NCBI GenBank assembly: GCA_041476685.1
Contig: JBGOTW010000002.1
Coordinates: 1 to 51,890 of the forward strand
DNA: 51,890 nucleotides
Reading direction: 5' to 3'
From: a bacterium
GTDB lineage: Bacteria; SAR324; JACQKK01
Shown: piece by piece, positions 32,771 to 41,815 of the stretch
Layout: each line of letters begins with the position of its first letter
Position numbering within the stretch: the first letter of the stretch is position 1
The notes under the pieces: model-generated
Seen by the model: only the letters and a program-made list of their open reading frames with translations
The model's database searches: none
What the model was told of the DNA's origin: nothing
Made by a program: the position numbers and the translations under genes

Positions 32771-33337
32771 ATGGCGAGGCACATCGGCAGGGCCGGCCTC
32801 GACCTGATCCGAAGCTTCGAGCAGTTCAGGCCCAATCCATATCGGGATGCCGTCGGCATCTGGACGATCGGATTCGGGGCGATCCGCGGACTCGACGGTC
32901 AGCCGGTGGCGCCCACGACTCCGCGCCTGAGTCCTGCTGAGGCCGATGCGCTCCTGGAGCGCGACGCGGGCCGCGCCACAGGGGCAGTTAACCGGCTCAT
33001 CGTCGCACCTTCGGCGCAGGCCGCGTTCGACGCGCTGTGCTCCTTCACGTTCAACCTGGGTGCGGGCGCACTCCAGCGCAGCACGCTGCGCCAGACCATC
33101 AACCGCTGCGAGGCAGCGGAGGAGGAGTTGTGGGTGCGCTGGGACATGGCCGGGGGGAAGCACTTGCCGGGGCTCAGGCGGCGGCGGATCGCCGAATGGA
33201 GCCTGTATGCTGACAACGCGGTCTGGCAGGCCGCCGCTCCTTCCGCTCCGCACCGATCCGGCAGCGGACAGGCTGACGCTCGCGCTGCCAGTCCTCTGCG
33301 CGGAGAACACCATCATGAAGTTACATTCGCGAGCTAG
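32771..33337 (+). CDS. GH24 phage-type lysozyme (endolysin)
   Basis: 188 aa. GLDLIRSFEQFRPNPYRDAVGIWTIGFG contains the E-x8-D-x5-T catalytic arrangement of T4/lambda-family lysozymes, and FDALCSFTFNLGAGAL follows. There is no N-terminal TM, so it is not a SAR endolysin. Confidence 0.85.
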   Translation: MARHIGRAGLDLIRSFEQFRPNPYRDAVGIWTIGFGAIRGLDGQPVAPTTPRLSPAEADALLERDAGRATGAVNRLIVAPSAQAAFDALCSFTFNLGAGALQRSTLRQTINRCEAAEEELWVRWDMAGGKHLPGLRRRRIAEWSLYADNAVWQAAAPSAPHRSGSGQADARAASPLRGEHHHEVTFAS

Positions 33338-33355
33338 AAGAGCCCGGGGGCATGG

Positions 33356-33787
33356 CTAGGGCTCCTGGGCATCCAGGTGCGTGGCGACAAAAATCCAGAG
33401 CGGGCCCCCGAGCAGGGCCAGCAGGAATCCTCTCACAATGCCCTCGCGTCGCCGACTCAGGGCCGTGACGAGAGCCCCAAAAACCCACACCGCCACGAAG
33501 ACCCAAGGTGGCAAGACGTAGAAGACGGTGCTGTAGACCGCAAACACGACGATCAGCGCGACTCCGGTCAACCAGAGGTTCGGCTTGCGCCGCTTCAGAC
33601 TGTCGACCGGGACGGACGTTGCAGCGGGATTCGGCGCTTGCGCGGGCCGCGCGTCGGGCACCTGCCGCGTCGAACTGGGCCGCGACAGCTCATGAATGGC
33701 CCATGCCGCGAGCACCATCAAGACGAGGACTCCAGCGCCCACTTCCCAGGAATTGGCGATGGCTGCCAGGGGAAGAACGATGATCAT
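33356..33787 (-). CDS. Hypothetical small integral membrane protein (about 4 TM)
   Basis: Trimmed to the ATG at 33787 (143 aa): MIIVLPLAAIANSWEVGAGVLVLMVLAAWAI...LWLTGVALIVVFAVYSTVFYVLPPWVFVAVWVFGALVTAL...FLLALLGGPLWIFVA. I recognise no family. Confidence 0.5.
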   Translation of the reverse strand: MIIVLPLAAIANSWEVGAGVLVLMVLAAWAIHELSRPSSTRQVPDARPAQAPNPAATSVPVDSLKRRKPNLWLTGVALIVVFAVYSTVFYVLPPWVFVAVWVFGALVTALSRRREGIVRGFLLALLGGPLWIFVATHLDAQEP

Positions 33788-34168
33788 GGTTGCCCCCCGC
33801 ACGACGTGCACTCCACTACATGTGGCCGGCGCTCTTGGCCCGTTCGAGGACGGGCTGCGTCTCCCCGACGCCGCCTGCCGCAAGGTACAACAGCTACGGC
33901 AATCGATGGGCCACACCTGAGGTGCGGTCCACGGCTACCCGTGCGCTCCCTTGTATCATGAATCGGCAGCATGATTGTGTATCATTATTCCCCCGTACAA
34001 GTGCACCCGAAAAGAAGTTGCATGAAGCGATGCGCCCCTCGGAGGTGCGAGCCAATCGGTCAATTCCGAGTGATCTGCGCGACGCCCGAGGCCACGGCAT
34101 GGCGACCTCGGTCGCGCCTGTCCCACGAACATCGCGCGAGGGGCCGGATCAGGGTCAACCGGAAACCG

Positions 34169-36577
34169 CTATCCATCCAGGGAGATGCGCCCCCGCATAT
34201 CCTTTTGCCCACGCCACGCCTTGGGTGCCCGGGTTGGAAACGCAAGCGAAAAGACTTCATTCTCCAGGGTCAGGTTTGGACTGTAGAATGGGTCACTCAG
34301 GAGGACTTCCTTCCAGCGCTGTTTCAAGTATTGGGACTCGCGGAGAAAACGGGGCCGAGTCTTCCGTGTCTGGTCGGAGCCGCGGGACGCGGACTCGTGA
34401 TGATAGAGTTCAGCGTACGGGGTCATGACGATGCGATAGCCTCGTTCACGGGCTCTGATGCAGAAATCCACGTCGTTGAATGCAATCGCGAGATTGACCT
34501 CATCGAATTCTCCAATCTCATAGAATATTTCCCTGCGAAAAAGCATGCAAGCGCCGGTCACCGCCGAACAATCATGGAGCAGTTTTGCGCGGCCAAAATA
34601 GCCCGCGGAAACCCGGCTGCCCCCCTTGAAGGCGTGGCCCGCAATTCCACCGATCCCCAGGATTACCCCTGCATGCTGGATCGTGTCATCCGGATAGTAC
34701 AGCTTCGCACCAACCACTCCCACTTCCGGCCGCACGGAATGGCTCACCATTTCGCGAAGCCATCCCGCTTCGATGACTTCGATATCGTCGTTGACTAGAC
34801 CCACTATGGCGCCACGTGCCTGCTGGATCGCGAAATTGTTGATCCGGGAGAAATTCCACGGGAAGTTGAATGGGATGACTCGAACCTTCGGTTGCTCGCG
34901 CAATACCTCCAGATAGCGCAAGGCCTCGGGCAGACTCGTATTGTTGGCGACTACGATGATTTCCAGATTCGGATAGTCTGTCCCGTGCAGGAGCCCGTTG
35001 ATGCACTTCCGCAGCAACTGCGTAGCGTCCTTGGTCGGGATGATGAGCGTTACGAGGGGTTCTGGAGCGGGTACAGGGCGGATCACCCGGTGAAAGTCAT
35101 CCAGTTCGGGCGCCGGCACGACTTGGACCGATTCACCCAAGCGCGCAAAGTGCTCCGCAATGGCCTGGCGTGCGGCTCTCACTGACCGAGCGCGGAACTT
35201 GGTGGAAAACGTGGTCGGCGTCTCCTGTATCCGCCAATGATACAGGATATGGGGGATATGGCGGATCTCAGACGCATCGAGGTGCTCGATGAGGTGGAGC
35301 AGAAGATCGTAGTCCTGGCTGCCATCCAACCCGGTTCTCAATCCGCCCACCCGCTCGACAAGGTCGCGCCGGCACACGGTCAGATGATTCAGGTAGTTCT
35401 GGGAACAGAATAGGTCGGGATTCCAATCCGTCTTGAAGTAGGGATCCGAGCGCCCTCCGTCCGGATAGATGTGGTCCTCGTCGGAGTAGATGATTCCCGC
35501 ATCGGGATGGCTGTTGATCTCCTCGGCAACCAGGTACAGGGCGTGTTCGGTGAGCTCGTCGTCGTGGTCCAGGAAGGCCACGTGGCTGCCGCTGGCCATT
35601 GTCAGGGCGCTATTCGTATTTTCGGCGATCCCGCCGTTTTCCTTTCTCCAGATGATCTTGATCCGCCGGTCCTCCTGTTGGAACCGCTCCAAGAGCGGCT
35701 TTACCCATGGAGCCGTGGAGGCATCGTCGGCGATGCACAGCTCCCAGTTCTCGTAAAATTGGCCGAGCACCGATCGAATGGAACCTTCGAGAAACGGCTC
35801 CGCGGTATTCCACACGGGCAGCACGACGGAGATCAGCGGCTTGGAATCCATCCCCGCGATGCGGGCGCGTATGTTCTGCTGGTCCACGGCGTCCAGCGAG
35901 TCGTTCAAGATGCGCCAAATCTCATATGGATTGAGATCTCCGCTTACCAGGCGCGGGAGAATTTTCTCTCTCTCCGCGACGTTCGAAAAGCGTTCATGCG
36001 GAATGAAGCCGCGCTCCCATCCCCAGGTCAGGAAGTGGATGAGAGGATTCCTCCCGGCCGCAATTCGCTCGGCTTCCGGAAGCTGGGCCAAATAGTATTT
36101 CGTGTCGAAGAAGGGATGGGGATCCTGACCTTGCTGCGCACCGTGCAGCATGTAATGGGCGAGAGGAAGCATCGATTTCTTGGAATCGTCCCAATTTCTC
36201 GTCAGGTAATACGACGTGTCGAACATGGGATGGAAAATTCGCCCTTCTGCCGCTCCATGCAGGATGTAGTGAGCGAACGGATCGACCGCGGTCCGTTTCA
36301 CGTCGGGATACATACGCAGATAGAAGGCGCCATCGAAGAGTGGATGAGGATTGCGCCCGCGGAATCTGCCCTCCCAGACGTAGTCGAAGAGCGGCGGCGT
36401 CCACCGTTTCCTCGCATCCGGGTAGCGGCGCAGATAGAAGTCCTTATCGAACAGACCGCTGGAATGAATGGTATGAATCGCCCTCAGCGCACGGATGATC
36501 CGGCGCAACACAGTGAGCAAATGCGGAATTCGGGGATTTCGGCCGGGCCGCTGCAGGTCTGGAGAACTGTCCATCAT
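34169..36577 (-). CDS. Dual-domain family-2 glycosyltransferase with N-terminal 38-aa repeats
   Basis: Trimmed to the ATG at 36577, with GGAGGA 10 nt upstream (802 aa). It has two GT2 cores (ISVVLPVWNTAEPFLEGSIRSV...CIADDAST...AFLDHDDEL and VTLIIPTKDATQLLRKCINGL...IVVANNTS...LVNDDIEV). The N-terminus carries four FD..(F/Y)YL repeats. The gene is visibly lower in GC than its surroundings. Confidence 0.8.
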   Translation of the reverse strand: MMDSSPDLQRPGRNPRIPHLLTVLRRIIRALRAIHTIHSSGLFDKDFYLRRYPDARKRWTPPLFDYVWEGRFRGRNPHPLFDGAFYLRMYPDVKRTAVDPFAHYILHGAAEGRIFHPMFDTSYYLTRNWDDSKKSMLPLAHYMLHGAQQGQDPHPFFDTKYYLAQLPEAERIAAGRNPLIHFLTWGWERGFIPHERFSNVAEREKILPRLVSGDLNPYEIWRILNDSLDAVDQQNIRARIAGMDSKPLISVVLPVWNTAEPFLEGSIRSVLGQFYENWELCIADDASTAPWVKPLLERFQQEDRRIKIIWRKENGGIAENTNSALTMASGSHVAFLDHDDELTEHALYLVAEEINSHPDAGIIYSDEDHIYPDGGRSDPYFKTDWNPDLFCSQNYLNHLTVCRRDLVERVGGLRTGLDGSQDYDLLLHLIEHLDASEIRHIPHILYHWRIQETPTTFSTKFRARSVRAARQAIAEHFARLGESVQVVPAPELDDFHRVIRPVPAPEPLVTLIIPTKDATQLLRKCINGLLHGTDYPNLEIIVVANNTSLPEALRYLEVLREQPKVRVIPFNFPWNFSRINNFAIQQARGAIVGLVNDDIEVIEAGWLREMVSHSVRPEVGVVGAKLYYPDDTIQHAGVILGIGGIAGHAFKGGSRVSAGYFGRAKLLHDCSAVTGACMLFRREIFYEIGEFDEVNLAIAFNDVDFCIRARERGYRIVMTPYAELYHHESASRGSDQTRKTRPRFLRESQYLKQRWKEVLLSDPFYSPNLTLENEVFSLAFPTRAPKAWRGQKDMRGRISLDG

Positions 36578-36954
36578 CAAGCTGAATTCCTCCGCGGGCA
36601 ATTGCGGCAGGTGCGGCCGGGCAGCGGATAACCGGCCCGTCCTCATGCTGCATGGGTTTAGCACCGGCTCGCGCCGGACGATGTCCTCCCCAAAATTTCT
36701 GCCGGGCAGCCAGCCGTTGTACCATGGTTGGCCCGGGCATATGCATCCGATTATCCCTCCGACTCTTTCTGCCATGCCGGGGGCCTGGACTCGGCTTCCC
36801 CCCTCGCCGGGAAGGGAGGCCAATGGTAGCCTTCCCCACGCCTTGGGCGGCAAGCTATTCGATCTTCGCGAAGGGGCACTCCCTGCATCCTGTCGCGTCG
36901 CCACGCCGGATGCGCCCACGGCCGACCGCTTCCTCTTCCGCTCCCCGGGTGCCT

Positions 36955-37926
36955 ATGCCTGAAATGCCGCGTGCAGCGCCGCCCCAAGCCCCGCTTCGCT
37001 CGCCGTCCGATCTGCCACCCACAACTGCTGCACGGCCTGACCGGAACTACGGCCCGAGTCCCAAGCCGGGCGCCACGCGCGAGCGTATCGACGTGCGTCG
37101 CATCGGCCTGCGCAGCCACTTCTGGGAGGACATGTACCACCTGATGTTGGTGACGGCGTGGTGGAAGATCCTGCTGCTGTTCCTTGCCGTGTTTGTGGGT
37201 CTGAACCTCGCCTTCGGCCTGGCCTTCGAGCTGACCGGGGGAGTGCAAGGCGCCACGAGTTTCTGGGAGTTGTTCTTCTTCAGCGTGCAGACCTTCTCGA
37301 CCATCGGCTACGGTTCGATGGCGCCGGTCAGCTTTGCGGCAGAGGCGGTGACCACCTTCGAGGCGTTCGTCGGCGTGCTGGTCAATGCCTTCGCCGCGGG
37401 CATCGTCGTGATCAAGTTCGCCCGGCCCACCGCTCGTGTCATGTTCTCCCGCGTGATGGTGCTGACCAGGTTCGACGGCGTGCCGACCCTGATGGTGCGG
37501 ATGGCCAACTCGCGGCAGAACCAGGTGTTCGACGCGCAGGTGGCGATGTTCCTGCTGCGGGACGTGCGGACAGCGGAGGGCTTCGCCTTGCGGCGGCTGT
37601 ACGACCTGCCGCTGGCGCGCCAGCAGACTCCGTTTTTCACTCTCACTCTGACCGCCATGCACCCCGTGGACGAGCGCAGCCCGCTCCACGGCCTGACGCG
37701 CGAGGAGCTCATAGCGATGCGCGCCCAGATCATCGTCACGATCCAGGGCGTGGACGAGTCGTTCATGACCCAGGTGCACGCACGGCGCTACTATCAGGTC
37801 GCCGACATCGTGTGGAATGCACACTTTGCCGACGTGTTGGGCATGGGGCAGGACGGGCGGGTGGTGGTGGACTATCGCCGCTTCCACGACGTGGTGCGTC
37901 CCGAAGATCCGGCGGCCCAGGGCTAG
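36955..37926 (+). CDS. Inward-rectifier-type potassium channel (KirBac family)
   Basis: Trimmed to the ATG at 36955 (323 aa). It has two TMs flanking a pore helix and the selectivity filter FFFSVQTFSTIGYGSM, followed by a beta-rich cytoplasmic domain (VMFSRVMVLTRFDGVPTLMVRMAN...), as in KirBac channels. Confidence 0.85.
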   Translation: MPEMPRAAPPQAPLRSPSDLPPTTAARPDRNYGPSPKPGATRERIDVRRIGLRSHFWEDMYHLMLVTAWWKILLLFLAVFVGLNLAFGLAFELTGGVQGATSFWELFFFSVQTFSTIGYGSMAPVSFAAEAVTTFEAFVGVLVNAFAAGIVVIKFARPTARVMFSRVMVLTRFDGVPTLMVRMANSRQNQVFDAQVAMFLLRDVRTAEGFALRRLYDLPLARQQTPFFTLTLTAMHPVDERSPLHGLTREELIAMRAQIIVTIQGVDESFMTQVHARRYYQVADIVWNAHFADVLGMGQDGRVVVDYRRFHDVVRPEDPAAQG

Positions 37927-38105
37927 CAGTATGGGCGTCCAGAGCATTCACACGCGCTCCGCTGGACAGCGCCCCTCGCGCTCGGCTACGGATGGACCAC
38001 AGTTGGGGCCGGAACACGGCCCTCCGAACGGGCGCTCGCCCGCTCGGATAGGGGCGGCGCTGGTCCAGGTCCGCCAACCAACCGGATCACTTGCAAGGGG
38101 AAACT

Positions 38106-39695
38106 ATGATCACCCGATTGCTGCGCCTCGCCTGCCTCGCGTCCGCGCTGATGCTGGGCCTGGGCGAACTCGGAGTGACCCACGCGGCGACGCTGCGCTG
38201 GGCCAACACCGGGGACTCGCTCGCCATGGACCCGTACAACGCGAACGAATCATTCACGCTGGGCTTTACGTCCAACATGTATGACGGCCTCGTCACGCGG
38301 GGCAAAGACTTGAAGATCGGTCCTGGACTGGCCACCTCCTGGAAGCGCAACAATCCGAACACCTGGGAGTTCCAGTTGCGCAAGGGCGTCAAGTTCCACG
38401 ACGGCACGGACTTCACCGCGGACGATGTGGTGTTTTCCTGGCAACGGGCCACCTCGGCCGGCTCGGACATGAAGGGCTATTTCGTCACCGTCAAGTCCGT
38501 CGAGGCGCTGGATCCTCATACCGTCGTCATCCGCACCAAGGAGCCCAACCCGATTCTGCTCGCCGACCTGTCGTTCTGGTGGATCATGAGCAAGGCGTGG
38601 TGCGAGAAGAACAACGCCGTGGGCGTCACCGACATCCGCAAGAACATCGAGAACTACGCCACGCGGCACGCCAACGGAACCGGCGCGTTCGAGCTGGTAT
38701 CCCGCGAGGTGGATGTGCGCACTGTGCTGAAGAAGAACCCGCACTGGTGGGGTTGGGCGGCGGGGATCGGCCATTCGAACGTGGACGAGATCGTCTTCAC
38801 GCCTATCAAGCAGGACGGCACGCGCGTGGCGGCCCTGCTCTCGGGGAGCGTGGACATGCTCTACGAACTGCCGATGCAGGACCTTGAGCGCGTGAAGGCC
38901 GCAGGCGACAGCGTGTTCCAACAGCCCGAGACTCGCACCATTTTCCTCGGGATGGACCAGGCGCGCCCGGAACTGCTGGAGTCCAGCGTAAAGGGCAAGA
39001 ACCCGTTCAAGGACAAGCGCGTCCGGCTCGCTCTGTACAAGGCGATTGACGAGGACCTGATCGTCAAGCAGATCATGCGCGGCGCGGCCACGGTGGCGAA
39101 CGGCTTCCTGGTGAAGGAGGCGGCCGGCTACGACCCGAACTTCAAGCGCCTGGGCTACAACCCGGAGGAAGCGAAGAAACTGTTGGCCGAAGCGGGCTAT
39201 CCCAACGGCTTCGAGGTCGGGTTCGACTGTCCGAATGACCGCTACGTGAACGATGCGCAGATCTGCCAGGCCATCGTCGCCATGTGGGCGAGGGTCGGAA
39301 TCAAGGCCAACTTGCTGGCCCAGACCAAGTCGCTCTACTTCAACAAGATCCTCAAGCGGGACACCTCGTTGTATATGCTGGGCTGGGCACCGGCGACCGT
39401 GGACGGACAGAACGTGCTGGAGAACCTGCTGATGACCCCGACCGGCGACGTGGGCCGGTTCAATCTGGGCAGCTATAGCAACCCGGAGCTGGACGCGATC
39501 GCCAATCAGACGCGCAGCGAGCTCGACTCGGAGAAGCGCACCAAGATGCTGCAAAAGGCGCTCGACCTGGCCCACGCGGACGCCGGCACCATTCCCCTGC
39601 ACTACCAGCAGGTGATCTGGGCCGCGCGCTCGAATGTGGACCTGGCGCAGCGCGCGGACAACATCTTCGTTTGGGCGTGGGTCACGGTGAAGTAG
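38106..39695 (+). CDS. ABC-transporter substrate-binding protein, family 5 (peptide/nickel/opine type)
   Basis: Trimmed to the ATG at 38106 (529 aa). A signal peptide MITRLLRLACLASALMLGLGELGVTHA is followed by TLRWANTGDSLAMDPY...LVTRGKDLKIGPGLATSW...WEFQLRKGVKFHDGTDFTADDVVFSW. Confidence 0.85.
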   Translation: MITRLLRLACLASALMLGLGELGVTHAATLRWANTGDSLAMDPYNANESFTLGFTSNMYDGLVTRGKDLKIGPGLATSWKRNNPNTWEFQLRKGVKFHDGTDFTADDVVFSWQRATSAGSDMKGYFVTVKSVEALDPHTVVIRTKEPNPILLADLSFWWIMSKAWCEKNNAVGVTDIRKNIENYATRHANGTGAFELVSREVDVRTVLKKNPHWWGWAAGIGHSNVDEIVFTPIKQDGTRVAALLSGSVDMLYELPMQDLERVKAAGDSVFQQPETRTIFLGMDQARPELLESSVKGKNPFKDKRVRLALYKAIDEDLIVKQIMRGAATVANGFLVKEAAGYDPNFKRLGYNPEEAKKLLAEAGYPNGFEVGFDCPNDRYVNDAQICQAIVAMWARVGIKANLLAQTKSLYFNKILKRDTSLYMLGWAPATVDGQNVLENLLMTPTGDVGRFNLGSYSNPELDAIANQTRSELDSEKRTKMLQKALDLAHADAGTIPLHYQQVIWAARSNVDLAQRADNIFVWAWVTVK

Positions 39696-39711
39696 GGGGT
39701 ACGCAAACTCC

Positions 39712-39742
39712 GGCCCCTTCCCGCTGGCCATGGGAAGGGGCC
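39712..39742. terminator. Perfect 11-bp hairpin in the convergent gap between the SBP and dienelactone hydrolase genes
   Basis: GGCCCCTTCCC-GCTGGCCAT-GGGAAGGGGCC begins 17 nt after the SBP stop. There is no U-tract, and it could act in both directions. Confidence 0.5.
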
Positions 39743-39902
39743 GTCACGGTGCGATTCCCGCTGTCGGACCAACAATCACCGCCGGTTAGCCGAATGTGAT
39801 CGCACCCAAGTGCGGTCGGCTTGGCGATGCGCACAAAACCAACACAGTCGGTGTGGTGTCCCGTCAGCCTCGAGCGAGACCGCCCGGCCGTCGCGGAACC
39901 CC

Positions 39903-40607
39903 CTATCCGATCGTCTTCTTGAGGAACTCCGCCGTGCGCTCCCAGGCATGCTTGGCGCTTTCCGGGTGGTAGCTGGCGCGCTGATCGCAGTGGAAGCCGT
40001 GGTCGGCACCCTTGTACACGAATACCTTGGTGTCGGGCTTGCTCTTCATGGCCTCGCGAATCTTATCCACATCGGTGAGCGGGATGCCTTTGTCGAGTTC
40101 GCCGAAGTGATACATCATCTGGCAAGGGATATTGCCCGCTTCCCCCAGATAATTGGGAATGTTGCCGCCGTAGTACACGACTGCCGCAGCGGGCTTCAGG
40201 CGGCAGGCGGACAAGTAGCTGATGAGTCCGCCCCAGCAGAAACCCATCACGGCCATCTTCTTGCCGCGCATCCCCGCACGGGTCGCAAGGACGCCCATGG
40301 CCAGCCCGACATCCTTGACCGTATCGTCGTCCTTGAGTTTGCCGCGCACCTCGCGTCCCTGCGTGATGTCGTCCGGGGTGTAACCCAGCTCGATGTGGGG
40401 CTTGACGCGCCAGAACAGATCCGGGGCGAGTACGGCATAGCCCGCCGCGGCGGTGCGCTCGACTACAGACCGGATGTGGGAGTTGACGCCGAATATTTCC
40501 TGCACGACAAGGACGCCGCCCCGGGGCGGCTCTGAAGGCATCGCCAAGAAGGCCGCAAAGGTCTGTGCCCCCTGGCCCACGTTCACCCACTCGGTCTTGA
40601 TCGCCAT
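39903..40607 (-). CDS. Dienelactone hydrolase (carboxymethylenebutenolidase) family
   Basis: Trimmed to the ATG at 40607 (234 aa). It reads VLVVQEIFGVNSHIRSVVERTAAAGYAVLAPDLF, has the nucleophile motif GFCWGG, and ends in a C-terminal GADHGF. Confidence 0.9.
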   Translation of the reverse strand: MAIKTEWVNVGQGAQTFAAFLAMPSEPPRGGVLVVQEIFGVNSHIRSVVERTAAAGYAVLAPDLFWRVKPHIELGYTPDDITQGREVRGKLKDDDTVKDVGLAMGVLATRAGMRGKKMAVMGFCWGGLISYLSACRLKPAAAVVYYGGNIPNYLGEAGNIPCQMMYHFGELDKGIPLTDVDKIREAMKSKPDTKVFVYKGADHGFHCDQRASYHPESAKHAWERTAEFLKKTIG

Positions 40608-41148
40608 GATTGCTCCGCAAGATTGAGATAAGAAAGTGCGCTCCCCACACACCCCACGCCGGGAAGATCCGGGCGCACCCGCGCCTTGGAGATGCGAATG
40701 CCGGTTATTATCGCGACGGCAGGCCGGTGGCAACCCAGGCTTGCGCCCGCGGCGGGCGCCCTGCGCGCGCACCGCGGCGTGTGGAGCAGCCACGGCAAAC
40801 TGCGAACGCGGCGAAGCGGTGCCCCCGACAGAGCTGAAGTTTCGCACTGCCGGACGTTCAACCGTCGATTCGCATCGGCGCCTTCATCGTTTCTCCACAG
40901 TGTTGCCCTAGCCTTACGCCCGGGCAGTGCAGCTTTTGAGTTGCTCCCGGTTTGAATCGTGTTAAGTTGGGCGAGAGCATGGCCCGCAAAGGTTTGCGGG
41001 CGACGCGGGCTCTGCGGGAAGCGGTTCGCCCGCGGAAACGGGCACGGGGATCATTGGGGGGGTGCGCCGGGAGCCACCATTTCCGGACCCTAGCGGGAGT
41101 TGTTTGCACCATGAAGACAGACGCTTACGCCCAACCAGGGAGGTGGGA

Positions 41149-41790
41149 ATGAGCAAGCGCGAAACGATCGCGCTGCGTACAGCCAGAACGCTCGCGATTG
41201 CGGCAGCCATCGTCGCTTGGATAGCCGCTGCTGGCGCGCGCTTCGCGAAGGCAGAACCGGCAGACCCGGAAGCGAAGGCGGCCGTCGAGTTCATGCGCAC
41301 GGTCATGGATCAAGTCAATCCCAGCCTCAGCGTGGAGGACGGCTACTGCGCCTCCGCCCTGCCTTGGGCCATTTACACGCATTCCGGCCAATCAGAACTG
41401 GACTGGCGGCAGGTGTTTGCGCTGGCGTGGCAAGAGTCCCGCTTCGACTGTCACGCGAAGAGCAGGCAGGATCGCGGCGGCGCCTTTGGCCCGTTCCAGA
41501 TCCGCCGCGTGTGGGAGTCCCTCGTGGGCGACCCGCGCTACCGCTACTTCGATCCCGAGCTGGCCGCCGGGCGCGTCGTACGCATCCTGCGCTACTACCA
41601 GGAGACGGACCGCTTCACCGCGCTGTACCGGCGCGGTTTCCGCTTCCCGCTACTGTGCCTGTTCAATGCCGGGGAAGGGCGGGACGTCAACATGGAGTAC
41701 TGCCGCGCGATCGGCCGGAAGATGGACGTGGTGAAGCGGGGCTGGACGGACTTCAGGGCAGGCAAGCTCGTCGCGATCTCGATCAACTGA
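41149..41790 (+). CDS. Lytic transglycosylase (SLT domain) with N-terminal signal/anchor
   Basis: Trimmed to the ATG at 41149, with GGGAGGTGGG upstream (213 aa). It has the catalytic block AWQESRFDCHAKS...GAFGPFQI. Confidence 0.8.
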   Translation: MSKRETIALRTARTLAIAAAIVAWIAAAGARFAKAEPADPEAKAAVEFMRTVMDQVNPSLSVEDGYCASALPWAIYTHSGQSELDWRQVFALAWQESRFDCHAKSRQDRGGAFGPFQIRRVWESLVGDPRYRYFDPELAAGRVVRILRYYQETDRFTALYRRGFRFPLLCLFNAGEGRDVNMEYCRAIGRKMDVVKRGWTDFRAGKLVAISIN

Positions 41791-41815
41791 GATCGGAGGT
41801 CACGAGCGCGCGGCG

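Noticed and set aside
40960-41148. A c-di-GMP (GEMM) or c-di-AMP (ydaO) riboswitch upstream of the lytic transglycosylase.
   Set aside because: ACGGGGAUCAUUGGGGGGGUG loosely recalls ydaO blocks. However, the conserved CAGCUAACCUCGUAAGCG-type 3' half and the GEMM GGCAAACC/GGGACGCAAAGCC boxes are absent. Only the hairpin cluster is reported.
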